A stretch of DNA of 64,000 bases, from the NCBI GenBank assembly GCA_035380285.1, contig DAOSXE010000015.1, positions 1,927-65,926 of the forward strand. Reading direction: 5' to 3'. The notes below the pieces were generated by a model. That model ran no database searches. It saw nothing but the letters and a program-made list of their open reading frames with translations, and had not been told where the DNA came from. The position numbers were made by a program, and so were the translations under genes. Below are positions 36,132-46,713 of this stretch, one piece after another (the stretch's first letter is position 1; every line of letters starts with the position of its first letter). Source of the DNA: a bacterium. Lineage in GTDB: Bacteria > Auribacterota > Erginobacteria > Erginobacterales > DAOSXE01.

Positions 36132-37409
36132 CTACTCGCTTTCCGTCGTCGGTATCCAGGGGGATTCCACTTTCCACCGGAGAATGACCATCCGCTCGTC
36201 CAGGCGGTGGACCAGGGCCCGCACCCGGCAGGTGGCGCGGGGGGGGCGTCCGGGAGAGTCTTCTCCGCCCGGGCTTCCCCCGACCCGTCCCTCGGATATG
36301 ATTGTAAAAAAATCGCTTTCGACCTTGAACCGCTTTTCCAAACCCGGCGGCAGATCGCAGTCCAGTTCGCCCAGCGACGTTTCGTCCAGCTCCTCGAAAG
36401 GAAGCTCGTCCCGGGCCTGGGCCAGGCACTGGGCCGCGTCCAAGGCGTCGTCCTCGTATTCCTCCCCCAAACTCCTCAGTCCCAGGGCGATCACCGGGAC
36501 CGAGGCGGTGTTAAGGTTGATATAGCCGTCAGAGTATACTGTAAAGTACGAACGAAACCCCGAAAATGGTTCATCTTCGCCGGAAGGTTCGGACTCCTCG
36601 GAGCCTTCCGCGCCCTCCAGCCGGATTTCCTCCGGGGCCGGCCCCAGAAACAGGTACCGGGTCATATCCTTGATCAGACTGATCTCCCCCGGCGTTTCCA
36701 TCGGGGCTTTCTTGATCGTGTACCCGGGATCGCCGAGGCTGTAATCGCTCTTCCCCCGGTCGTTGGACGTGATCCAGTTGGCCAGATTTCCGGAAATGTC
36801 CTCGGCGTTCTCCAACTCCAGGTACTCGAAAAACCAGGTGAGAACGTCGACCATCTTCTCTTCCTCGGGCCAGGGGTCGTCCTCGTCCCGGTCGGTCCCC
36901 TCCCCTCCCGGTTCGGGGTCGGGGCTGGTCCCGGTAACGGTCGATCCCTCGTCCCCCCCACCCTCCCCTTCGTCCTTGCTCTCCCCCTCCAGTTTGGAGA
37001 TCAGACCGGTGACCTCCTTGACCCCTTTTTCTTCCTTGATGAGGAGGTTGATGTTGAACTTGCGGTCCTCGTCGACGACGGCGAAGGCGAAACCGCCCCG
37101 GCCCAGCTCGACTTCGGACTGGGCCACGGCCCAGGGATCGATCAGCGAGTCGTAGGGCTTGGCTTCCATCTCCCCCTGCGCTTCCCCCGATTCCTCCAGG
37201 TCGCTGAGCTTGTCCTGCGCCAGCAGGTCCATGGCTTGAGCCACCCCGGCTCGGGCCAGGCAGTACGCTTCTTCGCTGTCGCGGAAGGCGGAGGCCATCC
37301 GGGCGTCGAGGCTGATCAGGTAGGAAAACTGCAGCACCAGGACGGCCAGAACCGCCGCCATGAAAACCACGACCATCAGCACCGCGCCGTTCTGGGAGGA
37401 AACGCGCAT
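36132..37409 (-). CDS. type II secretion GspK-like minor pseudopilin
   Basis: N-terminal hydrophobic pilin-like segment and large acidic periplasmic domain; start at internal ATG (MRVSSQ) overlapping upstream stop (TGATG). Confidence 0.55.
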   Translation of the reverse strand: MRVSSQNGAVLMVVVFMAAVLAVLVLQFSYLISLDARMASAFRDSEEAYCLARAGVAQAMDLLAQDKLSDLEESGEAQGEMEAKPYDSLIDPWAVAQSEVELGRGGFAFAVVDEDRKFNINLLIKEEKGVKEVTGLISKLEGESKDEGEGGGDEGSTVTGTSPDPEPGGEGTDRDEDDPWPEEEKMVDVLTWFFEYLELENAEDISGNLANWITSNDRGKSDYSLGDPGYTIKKAPMETPGEISLIKDMTRYLFLGPAPEEIRLEGAEGSEESEPSGEDEPFSGFRSYFTVYSDGYINLNTASVPVIALGLRSLGEEYEDDALDAAQCLAQARDELPFEELDETSLGELDCDLPPGLEKRFKVESDFFTIISEGRVGGSPGGEDSPGRPPRATCRVRALVHRLDERMVILRWKVESPWIPTTESE

Positions 37410-38095
37410 CACCGATCCTCCTCCGGCGGCGCCTTGCTCCCTCCGGCCGGAACCCAGGCGGCGACGGAAAACCGCCGGACATCCTCCTCTTCGTCGGAGG
37501 GACCGAAGCCGACGGTGACCTTGACCGCCGTGGGCAGCGCCTCTTCCTCGAGGATATCCCATTCGTCCTGCCAGGCTTCCTCCTCGGGGCTGTAGTATTT
37601 GAAATCGAGGGAGCGGACGCCCTCCGCCAGTATCATCTCCTCCCCGCCCTCGAACGGTTCGTCCAGGCTGTAGCAGGGAGCGACCTTGGCCATGAGCTTG
37701 TCTTCTTCCCGATAGTAGGAAATCTCCCAGGTGTCGTAACCGGGGGTGTCCTCCCGACCGGAGCGGAGGAAGGTGGTGGTGATGAAGCTGATCCGGTCCG
37801 ACTCGAAACCGCCCGCCCAGAGATCGTCGGTCAGAAATAGGTTTTTAACGTCGTCTTCGTCCTCTCCCGCATAAAAAGGAACGTAGATGCCGCTCAATTC
37901 CCGCTCCAGCCCCCCCAGCACCACCCGCGCCGCCTGGTAGGCGTCGGAACCGGTGCGGTAGCGGCGGCTGGAGCCGACCACGGTGGAAAAGGACCAGTAG
38001 ACCGAGGAAAGGATCACCGCGGTGAGGGCGGCGGCGATCAACAGTTCCAGAATGGTGAACCCGGCTTGCCCCGGGGAGGCGGCGCTCTTATTCAA
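37409..38095 (-). CDS. GspJ-like pseudopilin
   Basis: Prepilin-type N-terminus GFTILELLIAAALTAVIL. Confidence 0.6.
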   Translation of the reverse strand: MNKSAASPGQAGFTILELLIAAALTAVILSSVYWSFSTVVGSSRRYRTGSDAYQAARVVLGGLERELSGIYVPFYAGEDEDDVKNLFLTDDLWAGGFESDRISFITTTFLRSGREDTPGYDTWEISYYREEDKLMAKVAPCYSLDEPFEGGEEMILAEGVRSLDFKYYSPEEEAWQDEWDILEEEALPTAVKVTVGFGPSDEEEDVRRFSVAAWVPAGGSKAPPEEDR

Positions 38096-38507
38096 CCGGC
38101 TTCTCCTCGGGTTCCGGGTATTCGAGGTTGACGATATAGGTGGAGAAGGCGACCTTCCTCCCCTCTTCCTCCCCTCCCTCGGGGAACGAAACCCCCTCGA
38201 CCTGGGCCAGGGATTCGGCCACCTCGCCGACCGCCGCCTTCCAGCGCAGATGTTCCCATTCCTCCACGACCCCGCCGTAGTCGCCCTGGGCGGCGGGAAG
38301 TCCGATCGCCTCCACCGTCGCCAGAGCGGAAGCGGCCGCCAGCGTTTCTCCGGTGCGTTCCTTGGATCGGGCGAAATTCTTCAGGACCGAACCGTGGGTG
38401 AGCAGGAGGGGGGAGAGGGATATCCCCAGCAGAGCGACCGCGACCATGACCTCGATCAGGGTAAACCCCCGGGCCCCGGGAAACGACTTCTCAGCCCTTG
38501 ATCTCAA
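38088..38507 (-). CDS. GspI-like pseudopilin
   Basis: Prepilin-type N-terminus GFTLIEVMVAVALLGI. Confidence 0.55.
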   Translation of the reverse strand: MRSRAEKSFPGARGFTLIEVMVAVALLGISLSPLLLTHGSVLKNFARSKERTGETLAAASALATVEAIGLPAAQGDYGGVVEEWEHLRWKAAVGEVAESLAQVEGVSFPEGGEEEGRKVAFSTYIVNLEYPEPEEKPVE

Positions 38508-38967
38508 CCTCGCTTCTCCCCACGTACGGTTTGAGGTTGATGATGTAGCGGCGGCCGAAATCGTCGGCGCTGCGCAGCACGATCTCGGCCCCGTCCGAAT
38601 TTCCGCCGGGATAGAAGTAGATCGGGGAGGAGACCGTTCCCGAGAGCCGCAGCCCCTCGGGGATGGCCTGGGGGGCGCCCAGCCGGCCCGGGACCGTTTC
38701 CTGGGAACCGTCGGCGCCCAGGCGCCCCAACCGGAAGGTCTTGTCGTTGCGGTCGAGGTAGACCAGGTAGATCCGGCCCTCGAGGACGGCTCGGGCCCGG
38801 GCGTAGTCCAGGGTGCCGGCCAGCCGCCGGGTGAACCCCACCGCCTTGCGGGAAGAGATCAGCCCGGTGAACCGGGGGAAAACCACCAGGGCCAGCACTC
38901 CGATCAGGGCGGCCACGATCGCCAGTTCCAGGAGGGTGAACCCCCGGTTTTCGGGGCGGCGGCGCAT
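38491..38967 (-). CDS. GspH-like pseudopilin
   Basis: Prepilin-type N-terminus GFTLLELAIVAALIGVL. Confidence 0.55.
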   Translation of the reverse strand: MRRRPENRGFTLLELAIVAALIGVLALVVFPRFTGLISSRKAVGFTRRLAGTLDYARARAVLEGRIYLVYLDRNDKTFRLGRLGADGSQETVPGRLGAPQAIPEGLRLSGTVSSPIYFYPGGNSDGAEIVLRSADDFGRRYIINLKPYVGRSEVEIKG

Positions 38968-38988
38968 GACGTCGAGGGCTCCCCGGCC

Positions 38989-39408
38989 TCAGTTGGCGAT
39001 ATCCTGGTTCTCGCCTTCGCCGCCGGGGGACGCGTCCTTGCCGTAGGAGACGATGGTGTAATCGGCTCCCTCGGCCCCGCCTTTCGTGTAGATGTAGGCG
39101 TTCCCCCAGGGATCCTTGGGAATCTCCTGCTTCTTCAGGTAGGGCCCCGACCACCCGTCCGTGCTTCCCTCGGCCCGGACCAGGCCGTCGAGACTGCCGG
39201 GATAGTCGTAGACGTCGGCGTAGTACATCTCCAAGGCGTCGGCGAACGCCTGGATCTGGGCCTGGGCGGCGGCCTGCTTTCCCCGCCCGATGCGCTTCAT
39301 GAAAGCCGCCCCCACCACCGCGGTCAGGAGCCCGATGATGGCGATCACCACCATCAGCTCGACCAGGGTGAACCCCGCGGACCGTTGTCGTGCGTTCTTT
39401 CTTTTCAT
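38989..39408 (-). CDS. gspG: type II secretion major pseudopilin GspG
   Basis: GFTLVELMVVIAIIGLL prepilin N-terminus and DPWGNAYIY signature. Confidence 0.85.
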   Translation of the reverse strand: MKRKNARQRSAGFTLVELMVVIAIIGLLTAVVGAAFMKRIGRGKQAAAQAQIQAFADALEMYYADVYDYPGSLDGLVRAEGSTDGWSGPYLKKQEIPKDPWGNAYIYTKGGAEGADYTIVSYGKDASPGGEGENQDIAN

Positions 39409-39500
39409 GCTACCTCCCCCCGGCGCCGGAGAGAGACCCGGAGGGTTTCCCCGCCGCGCTCCCGGCGCCGGTTTTCGTTTTGTTCGTCACGAGCGTCTTC

Positions 39501-40721
39501 CTAGATCTGAATATCGGACATCTGCAGAATCGGCAGCAGGATGGAGATGACGATAAATCCCACCACCACCCCCATGAACAGGATCATGATCGGCTCCAGC
39601 ACCGTGGTCAGAACGCTGACCGAAGCCTCGACCTCGTCTTCGTAGGCCTGGGCCATCTTGAAGAGCATGTCCTCCAGAGCCGCGCTCGACTCCCCTACCG
39701 AGAGCATGTGCACCACGATCGGGGGGAACACCCGGCTCTGCCGGAAAGGCTCGGCGATGGATTTCCCGGCCCTGACCGCGTCCTTGGCCTGTTCGATGGC
39801 CTCTCCCACCGCCTGGTTGTTGACGATGTTCTTGACGATGTCGAAGGAGTGCAGGAGCGGCGTCCCGCTGGAGAGGAGGATGCCCAGCGTGCGGCTGAAA
39901 CGGACGATGGTGAGCTTGCGGAAAATGGGGCCGAAGATGGGGATCTTGAGCTTCCAGCAGTCCACCAGGTACCGGGCCCGCTTGCCCCGGGACCAGACCC
40001 GGTAGATCAGATATACCCCCCCCAGGACCAGGAGAATCAACCACCAGTATTCCTGGACGAGCGTGCTGGCGTTGATCAGGATCCGGGTGGGCAACGGCAG
40101 CGCCTTCTCGGTGTCCTCGAAGAGGACGATGATGGTGGGGACGACCTTGATCAGGAGAAACGCCACCACGAGCACGCCCACCATGGATACCACCACCGGG
40201 TAGAGCATGGCCCCCCGGACGGTGCTGCGCAGCTTGAGGTTCTTCTCCGCCAGGTCCGCCAGACGGCCCAGCACCATCTCCAGCGCCCCCGCGGTTTCGC
40301 CGGCCTTGACCATGTTGACGTAGAGGGGGGAAAAAATCCGGGGATGCTCGGCCAGGGCGTCGGCGAAGGTGGAGCCGGCGTTGACCTGGTCCCGGATCTG
40401 GATCACCACCCGCTTGAGGGGGTTGCCTTCGAACTGTTCGATCAGGGCGCTCAGGGAGGGGACCAAAGGCATCCCCGCCCCAACCAGGGTGGAGAGCTGG
40501 CGGGTGAAGACGGAGACGTCGGAGGCCTTGATCCTCCCCAGGATGCGGGAGACGTTGACCTCGCTCTGCAGCCCGATCTTCTCCTCGCTGCGGACGATCT
40601 CGGTCGGGTAGAGGGCCTGGCGCCGGAGTTTGGTGCGGGCGTCGGCCGGGGAATCGGCGTCGATGATCCCCGTCACCTGGCTCCCTTTCCCGTTCAATGC
40701 CTTGTATTCGAAAACCGCCAT
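39501..40721 (-). CDS. gspF: type II secretion inner-membrane platform protein GspF
   Basis: 406 aa with two GspF-type repeats and three hydrophobic segments. Confidence 0.85.
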   Translation of the reverse strand: MAVFEYKALNGKGSQVTGIIDADSPADARTKLRRQALYPTEIVRSEEKIGLQSEVNVSRILGRIKASDVSVFTRQLSTLVGAGMPLVPSLSALIEQFEGNPLKRVVIQIRDQVNAGSTFADALAEHPRIFSPLYVNMVKAGETAGALEMVLGRLADLAEKNLKLRSTVRGAMLYPVVVSMVGVLVVAFLLIKVVPTIIVLFEDTEKALPLPTRILINASTLVQEYWWLILLVLGGVYLIYRVWSRGKRARYLVDCWKLKIPIFGPIFRKLTIVRFSRTLGILLSSGTPLLHSFDIVKNIVNNQAVGEAIEQAKDAVRAGKSIAEPFRQSRVFPPIVVHMLSVGESSAALEDMLFKMAQAYEDEVEASVSVLTTVLEPIMILFMGVVVGFIVISILLPILQMSDIQI

Positions 40722-40758
40722 CCGTCTTCCCGTCCCGTTCGCCGGGCCGCTCCCGGCT

Positions 40759-42486
40759 TCAGACCTCGATGATATCTTCCTGCGTGACCCGGATCACTTC
40801 CTCGACGGTCGTCTCTCCGCTCACGACCTTGCGGGCCCCGTCCATTCTCAGGGTGCGCATCCCCCGCTTGAGGGCGGCGCGCTTGATCGTGCCCACGTCC
40901 ACCCGCTCCACCACCATCCGCCTGATCTCGTCGTCGACCAGCAGCAGTTCGAATATGGCCGAACGCCCCATGTAGCCGGAATGAAAACACTTCTCGCATC
41001 CCTTTCCCCGTACCAGGGGGCGCCCCTCGAGCTGGTCGAGGGCGAGGCCGATGCTTTTGAGTTCCTCCTCGCTGGGCGCGTAGGACTCACCGCAGTGGGG
41101 GCAGATGGTGCGGACCAGGCGCTGGGCCATGATCCCCACCACCGAGGAAGAGACCAGGTAGGGCTCGACTCCCATGTCGATCATCCTGGTGATGGCCCCG
41201 GCGGCGTCGTTGGTGTGGAGGGTGCTGAAGACCAGGTGGCCGGTCAGCGAAGCCTGGATGGCGATTTCGGCGGTCTCGGTGTCGCGCATCTCGCCGACCA
41301 GGACGATATCCGGGTCCTGGCGGAGAATCGAGCGCAACCCGTTGGCGAAGGTGAGGTTGATCTTGGGAGCGACCTGGATCTGCCCGATCCCGGGCAGCTG
41401 GTACTCCACCGGGTCCTCGATGGTGATGATGTTCTTGTCCAGGGAGTTCATCTCGTGCAGAGCGGCGTAGAGCGTGGTGGTCTTTCCCGACCCCGTGGGC
41501 CCGGTCACCAGGATGATGCCGTGGGTGAGTTTCAACAGCCGGCGCAGGAGCTTAAGGCCGTCGTCGCCCAGCCCCAGATCGTGGAGCCCGAACAACTGGC
41601 TGGACTTGTCCAGGAGCCTCAACACGATCCGTTCCCCGAACGAAACCGGGATGACCGAGACCCGGATATCGATCTCCCGGTCGGTGATCCGGATCTTGAT
41701 CCTGCCGTCCTGGGGGAGGCGCTTCTCGGCGATGTTGAGGTTGGCCATGATCTTGACGCGGGAGATGATCGAGGACTGGTACTGTTTGGGCGGGCTGAGG
41801 ACCTCGTAGAGAACGCCGTCGATCCGGTAGCGGACCCGCAGGTCCTTTTCGAAGGGTTCGATGTGGATATCGCTGGCCCGGGCCTTGACCGCCTCGAAGA
41901 TGATCAGGTTGATCAATTTGATCACCGGGGCCTTGGCGGCGATGTCCAGAAGGTCCTCGGCGGCGTCGGTGATGGTCACCATCTCCGGAGCGTCTTCGTC
42001 TTCCTCCAGCCCCTCCAACATGGCCTCGGCGGCGCCGTCGGCGTGTCCGTAGCAGCGGTTGGCGATCCGGACGATCTCCTCGGGCACCGAGACGATCACG
42101 TCCAGGTTGCGGTCGAGAAGAAGGCGGAGGTCGTCCAGAGGCTGAACGTCGAGGGGGTCGGCCATCGCCACCTTGACCGTTCCGTCGGCGGACGCACCCA
42201 GGGGGATAAGCCGGTTGGCCAGAAGAAAATTGAGCGGGACCCGGGAGACCAGCGCCTTGTCCACGCGCTCCTCGGTCAGGTGCTCCTCGAAGGGGAACCC
42301 CAGGCATTCGGCCAGGGCCCGGCGGACCTGGCTGTCCCGAACCAACCCGGCTTCGATCAGTTCCTCGGTCAGCGACCGGCTTTCGCCCGGAGACCATTTA
42401 TCCAGAACCTTGTCCAGAGCCGGCCGGGCGAGGGCGCCGGCGCCGACCAGCTTCTCGGCTACTTCCTTTTCCAGAACCTCGTTCAT
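40759..42486 (-). CDS. gspE: type II secretion ATPase GspE
   Basis: Walker A GPTGSGKTTT, Asp box, tetracysteine CPHCG...CEKCFHSG near C-terminus. Confidence 0.9.
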   Translation of the reverse strand: MNEVLEKEVAEKLVGAGALARPALDKVLDKWSPGESRSLTEELIEAGLVRDSQVRRALAECLGFPFEEHLTEERVDKALVSRVPLNFLLANRLIPLGASADGTVKVAMADPLDVQPLDDLRLLLDRNLDVIVSVPEEIVRIANRCYGHADGAAEAMLEGLEEDEDAPEMVTITDAAEDLLDIAAKAPVIKLINLIIFEAVKARASDIHIEPFEKDLRVRYRIDGVLYEVLSPPKQYQSSIISRVKIMANLNIAEKRLPQDGRIKIRITDREIDIRVSVIPVSFGERIVLRLLDKSSQLFGLHDLGLGDDGLKLLRRLLKLTHGIILVTGPTGSGKTTTLYAALHEMNSLDKNIITIEDPVEYQLPGIGQIQVAPKINLTFANGLRSILRQDPDIVLVGEMRDTETAEIAIQASLTGHLVFSTLHTNDAAGAITRMIDMGVEPYLVSSSVVGIMAQRLVRTICPHCGESYAPSEEELKSIGLALDQLEGRPLVRGKGCEKCFHSGYMGRSAIFELLLVDDEIRRMVVERVDVGTIKRAALKRGMRTLRMDGARKVVSGETTVEEVIRVTQEDIIEV

Positions 42487-42504
42487 CGCCTTTCTCCCGC
42501 CGGC

Positions 42505-44937
42505 CTACTGGCGCAAGCGCGCGGTCCCCCGTTTCGTCTCTTCCTCGTCGGGGCGGCCGAAGGTTACCCGGGGCAGGTTGTTGAGGAACCCCAGGGCGCT
42601 CCCGGAATCGGTTTCGGCCGGAACCGCCTCCGGCGGTTTTTCTTCGGAAGCGGCCGTCTCCGGTGCCGGTTCCGCGGGGGCGGAAACTTCCTCCGGCGCC
42701 GGTTTCGCCTCGGAAACGGCGGCTTCCGGGGCCTCGCCCGCGGGGGGCGCGGCCTCCGATTTCTCCTCGTACGCGGCCGCGGGAGCGGGCTCTTCCTCCT
42801 CCCCGGCGGCCGCCCGTTCTTCCCGGAGGACCCGGTCGAAGAAGGCGGAACCGGAATTCTCTTCCCGGTAGATGCTCTTGAGTTCGTCGAGGCGCTCCTG
42901 CTGCTTGCGCCGCGCCTCTTCTTCCCGCAGCCGGGTCTCGTTTTCGTCCTCGGAGAGGCGCAGGTCGATATAGGGCATTTCGTGCCGTTTCATCGCGGTC
43001 AGATCGGCGATCTGCTGGGTGGTTTTGACCACCCGGGGCGTGATGAAGACCAGGAGGTTGCGCTTGGCGGTGGTGTTGGTCTCCCAGCGGAAGAGATATC
43101 CCAGCAGGGGGATGTCGCCGAGGAAGGGGATCTTGTCCTCGGTCTGGGTCTTTTCGTCCTGGATCAGGCCGGAGATCACGATGGTGTGGTTGTCCTTGAC
43201 GATGACGTTGGTTTCGGTGATGCGCTTGTAGGTTTCCGGGGTCAGGTAGTACCCCGACACCGATTGACCGATGATCGACGAAATCTCCTGGCTGATCTCG
43301 AGCCGGACCATGCGGTCGCGGCTGATGTGGGGGGTGATCTTGAGTTTGATCCCCACGTCCTTATACTCGATGTCCTGATAATCGTTGTTGTTGTCGTTGC
43401 TGTTGATCTCGATCTTGCTCACGTAGGGGATGTTCTTGACCACTTCGATCGACGCTTCCTCGTTGTCCATGGTCAGGACCTGGGGAGTGGAGAGGATATC
43501 GACGTCCTGGTTGGTCTGAAGGGCATGGATGAGCACGGCCAGGTCGGGGATGCTGGTGCCGGTGCCCGCCATCTTCTGAACGAACCCCATGGTCCCCCCG
43601 GAAAGGCCGCTGGTGACGATGGCGGTGGGATCGGAGGCCTGAGCGGCGAGCATGGAGGAGAGGGCGTTCCCGCTGGAAGACCAGCTCGAACCTCCGTAGC
43701 CCTGGGCGTTGCTGCGGCCGGCGCCCATGGAAGAATAACCCTGCCCGGTGGGAAGCCCCTGGGTCTGCCCCTCGTTGCCGATCGACTGGATCTCGACGCC
43801 GAGTTCGAAGGACTTGTCGTAAGCGACTTCGGCGATCAGGACCTCGACCAGGACCTGGTCGCGCATGATGTCCAGCTGCTTGATGATGTTCTGCAGGGAG
43901 GCGTAATCCTCGGGGGTGGCGTCGATGATCAGGGAGTTGGTGGCCTTGTCTTCGCTGATGAGGGGGACGACCTCCCCTCCCGTGGTTTTGCGCTTGCCGA
44001 TGACGTTGTTGAGGACCTTGGATATCTCTTCGGCGTCGGAGTTCCGGAGAAAATAAACGTGGATGTTGGTGCGTTCGGTTTCGACGTCGAGCTTCTTGAT
44101 CAGTTCGATGACCTGGCGGGTGTCTTCGGAGTTGGCGAGGATGATCAGGGAGTTGGTCCGTTCGTCGGCGATGAGCTTGAGAGTCGATTCCGTGGGCTGC
44201 AGCTGCTGGCGGTTGCGGCGGCGGGGGGTGGGGGGCGTCCCCGGAACCGTTCCGGCTTCCTCGATGACCTGGGTCAGTTCCGCCGCCAGGGTCTCGGCGG
44301 CGGCGTAGCGCAGGGGCAACACCGTGATTCGGGTCTCGTAGCCGGGAACGTCGAGTTCCTTGATGATCTTGACCAGCCGGTGGATGTTGGAGGAAACGTC
44401 GGTCACGATCAGGGTGTTGGTCATGGGATAGGGGATGACGCTGGCCTCCTTGGAGAAGAGCGGCCCCAGGGCGGCCCGGACCTTCTCGACCTCGGCGTAC
44501 TCCAGGGGAATGAGCTGCGTGATCAGGGTGTCTTCGGGCACGATCTGTTCCAGGTTGTCGCCGACCGCGGTCTGGATGTTCCTCTGGCTGCCCAGGCGCT
44601 TGGTCGAGACCTTGATCACTTTCCCCGAGGGGACGGCGGTGAACCCGCGCACTTCCAGGATCGATTCGAAGACCTTGTAGGCCTCGTCCAGGGGGATCAT
44701 GGTGGGGGAGATGACGGTCACCGTGCCCCGGACGTCGTTGTCGACGATGAAGTTCTTCCCGGTCAGATCGCTGATGTACTTGATGACCAGCCGGATGTCG
44801 ACGTTGTCGAAATCCATGCTGACCATGCCTTCGTCGTCCGCCGGCTGCTGCGCCCGGACCGGCCTCCCGGGAAAAGCCAGTCCCAGGAGGCAAAGAAGGA
44901 GGACGGGTAGTGTGCGGATTCCGTGGTTTTTTCTCAT
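42505..44937 (-). CDS. gspD: type II secretion secretin GspD with Ala/Glu/Pro-rich C-terminal extension
   Basis: Signal peptide, N-domain repeats, secretin core (VPFLGDIPLLGYLFR), ~150-aa low-complexity tail. Confidence 0.9.
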   Translation of the reverse strand: MRKNHGIRTLPVLLLCLLGLAFPGRPVRAQQPADDEGMVSMDFDNVDIRLVIKYISDLTGKNFIVDNDVRGTVTVISPTMIPLDEAYKVFESILEVRGFTAVPSGKVIKVSTKRLGSQRNIQTAVGDNLEQIVPEDTLITQLIPLEYAEVEKVRAALGPLFSKEASVIPYPMTNTLIVTDVSSNIHRLVKIIKELDVPGYETRITVLPLRYAAAETLAAELTQVIEEAGTVPGTPPTPRRRNRQQLQPTESTLKLIADERTNSLIILANSEDTRQVIELIKKLDVETERTNIHVYFLRNSDAEEISKVLNNVIGKRKTTGGEVVPLISEDKATNSLIIDATPEDYASLQNIIKQLDIMRDQVLVEVLIAEVAYDKSFELGVEIQSIGNEGQTQGLPTGQGYSSMGAGRSNAQGYGGSSWSSSGNALSSMLAAQASDPTAIVTSGLSGGTMGFVQKMAGTGTSIPDLAVLIHALQTNQDVDILSTPQVLTMDNEEASIEVVKNIPYVSKIEINSNDNNNDYQDIEYKDVGIKLKITPHISRDRMVRLEISQEISSIIGQSVSGYYLTPETYKRITETNVIVKDNHTIVISGLIQDEKTQTEDKIPFLGDIPLLGYLFRWETNTTAKRNLLVFITPRVVKTTQQIADLTAMKRHEMPYIDLRLSEDENETRLREEEARRKQQERLDELKSIYREENSGSAFFDRVLREERAAAGEEEEPAPAAAYEEKSEAAPPAGEAPEAAVSEAKPAPEEVSAPAEPAPETAASEEKPPEAVPAETDSGSALGFLNNLPRVTFGRPDEEETKRGTARLRQ

Positions 44938-45016
44938 GCGGTTTCCCCTGCTCGATGTTGGCTCTGTAATCGGCTTCGTTTCCCGGGCCCGCGCGGGCGC
45001 CCGTTGCCGATTCGTT

Positions 45017-45970
45017 TCATTGCGTCGGATCCAGTTCCTGGTCCTGGACCAGATATTCCAATTGAACGTGCCGGTCCCCCCGGAGGACGTCGACGACCAC
45101 CGTCTGCGCGTCCTGGATCTTGAGGAGGATGTCCATGGCTTCCTGTTTGCCGGTGATGGTCAACCCGTTGACTTCCTGGATCACGTCCCCCTCCCTCACC
45201 CCCAGCTTGTAGGCCAGGTGCTCCCGGGGCAGGACGACGATCTCGTAACCGGAGGCCGGCCCCCGGGTCCGCCCCTGGGGCGGATACCAGGGACGGCACC
45301 CCACCGTCCGCAGGGAGCCGATGACGTCGTCGGGGACCAGCCGGAAGTTCTCCCCCCCGCGGGCCAGCTTCTCCAGCATCTTCTCGTTGACCAGCTTCCA
45401 CATCCCCCGGCGGCTGACCAGCCAGCGGTTCGGCCCCAGTTTCTTGAAGACCCGGGAAAAATGGAGCCGGTTTTCCGGGACCGGGATGTGGCCGATGAAC
45501 GACGAGATCACGTGGCGGCGGCCGTTGTTCTCCAGGGTGACGTCGATGCGGTCGATTTCGACCACCCGCCAGCCCCGGATGACGTCGTCGAGGCGGTAGA
45601 TCTTCTGGGTCTTGCTGGCCAGGTCCTCGATGATCGCCCAGCTGCGGCGGGGATCGTCGAAGACCGAGGTTCCCTTGAGTTCGAGGCGGGGCGGCGGCGC
45701 CGTCGGGGGCGGCGGGGTCGGGGGCGCTTTTTCCTCGGGCGGCTGGAACTTGGTCTGCCAGAGGTTGCGCGCGAGGATGGCGCCGTAGTAGCCGGGGCCG
45801 GGAGCCGAAGCTTCCCCCCCGGAGCCGCCGTCGTGCTCGTAGGTCACCGACGCGCCCACCTCGCCGGCGCGGGGCGGAACGACGATGGTCCAGATCAGAT
45901 ACCCCACGCCGGCGGCCAGGACGATCCCCAGGAAGTAATTGACGAAGCTGATGTAGCGGCGCGGTATCAC
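45017..45970 (-). CDS. GspC-like protein with C-terminal PDZ domain
   Basis: N-terminal TM, Pro-rich linker, PDZ-like GDVIQEVNGLTITGKQEAMDILL at the C-terminus; directly upstream of gspD. Confidence 0.6.
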   Translation of the reverse strand: MIPRRYISFVNYFLGIVLAAGVGYLIWTIVVPPRAGEVGASVTYEHDGGSGGEASAPGPGYYGAILARNLWQTKFQPPEEKAPPTPPPPTAPPPRLELKGTSVFDDPRRSWAIIEDLASKTQKIYRLDDVIRGWRVVEIDRIDVTLENNGRRHVISSFIGHIPVPENRLHFSRVFKKLGPNRWLVSRRGMWKLVNEKMLEKLARGGENFRLVPDDVIGSLRTVGCRPWYPPQGRTRGPASGYEIVVLPREHLAYKLGVREGDVIQEVNGLTITGKQEAMDILLKIQDAQTVVVDVLRGDRHVQLEYLVQDQELDPTQ

Positions 45971-46713
45971 TCCCCCCCCTCCGTCCCGGCGGCGGCCGAG
46001 GCCGCGCGCTCGCGGCGGACCCGCCGCGCCAGTTCGTCGACCTGGAACGCGGGGGGGAGCAGGACCGCTTCGCCCTCCCGCTTGCGGCCGGCATTGAGCA
46101 GGAACCGGAAATCGCCGTGGAGGTCCCTGACCAGCTCGCGGTAGCGGGACCCGGGGGAGAGCGTCCGGGTGAGGGAGAGGGCCCGCCCCTGAAGGTCGCG
46201 GGAAACGATGTCCTCCAGCAGTTCGTCCCAGGTCCCGTAGCCGCCGGCCTCCAACCGGTCCAGGACCTCCTCCACCTGCTCCAGGTAGTCGACCAGGACC
46301 GCGTCCGGGTCGCGGACGGGCGACGGGGAAAACGTCAGGGCCTCGGTGAAGGAGGGAGCCGGCCGGCGGACGAGGAAAAACCAGCCCGTCCCGGCCAGCA
46401 CGACGACGGCGGCGGCCGCCGCCGCCACCCGCGCCAGGGGAAGAATCGGAAAGACCGGGGGCTTTTTAAGTTCCTGTTCCAGCCGCTCCACCACGGCGTG
46501 GTCGGCGGCGGGGGAGAACACGGGGGGAGCGGCGGGGAGAGACTCCCAGGCCCGGGAGAGTTCCTCGCGGTAAGCCCGGCAGCCGGGGCAGTCCTCGAGG
46601 TGCTCGCGGACCCGCTCGGAAAAGCAGTCGGGCCCCGCGATCCCCAGGATCCGGTCCCGCAGGAGTTCCCGCACGGATCGACAATTCTCAGGTTGTTTCT
46701 TCATTCCCTTCAT
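45967..46713 (-). CDS. anti-sigma factor (zinc-finger type, HxxxCxxC)
   Basis: N-terminal HLEDCPGC motif, central TM; overlaps the end of the ECF sigma gene. Confidence 0.6.
   Translation of the reverse strand: MKGMKKQPENCRSVRELLRDRILGIAGPDCFSERVREHLEDCPGCRAYREELSRAWESLPAAPPVFSPAADHAVVERLEQELKKPPVFPILPLARVAAAAAAVVVLAGTGWFFLVRRPAPSFTEALTFSPSPVRDPDAVLVDYLEQVEEVLDRLEAGGYGTWDELLEDIVSRDLQGRALSLTRTLSPGSRYRELVRDLHGDFRFLLNAGRKREGEAVLLPPAFQVDELARRVRRERAASAAAGTEGGE

Noticed and set aside
34083-37595. 1170-aa plus-strand ORF across the pseudopilin and GspK-M genes
   Set aside because: Low-complexity Gly/Pro/Arg-rich translation; the opposite strand encodes a coherent set of Gsp proteins with prepilin motifs.
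40630-44910. 1426-aa plus-strand ORF across gspE and gspD
   Set aside because: Shadow ORF; the minus strand carries clear Walker A and secretin motifs.
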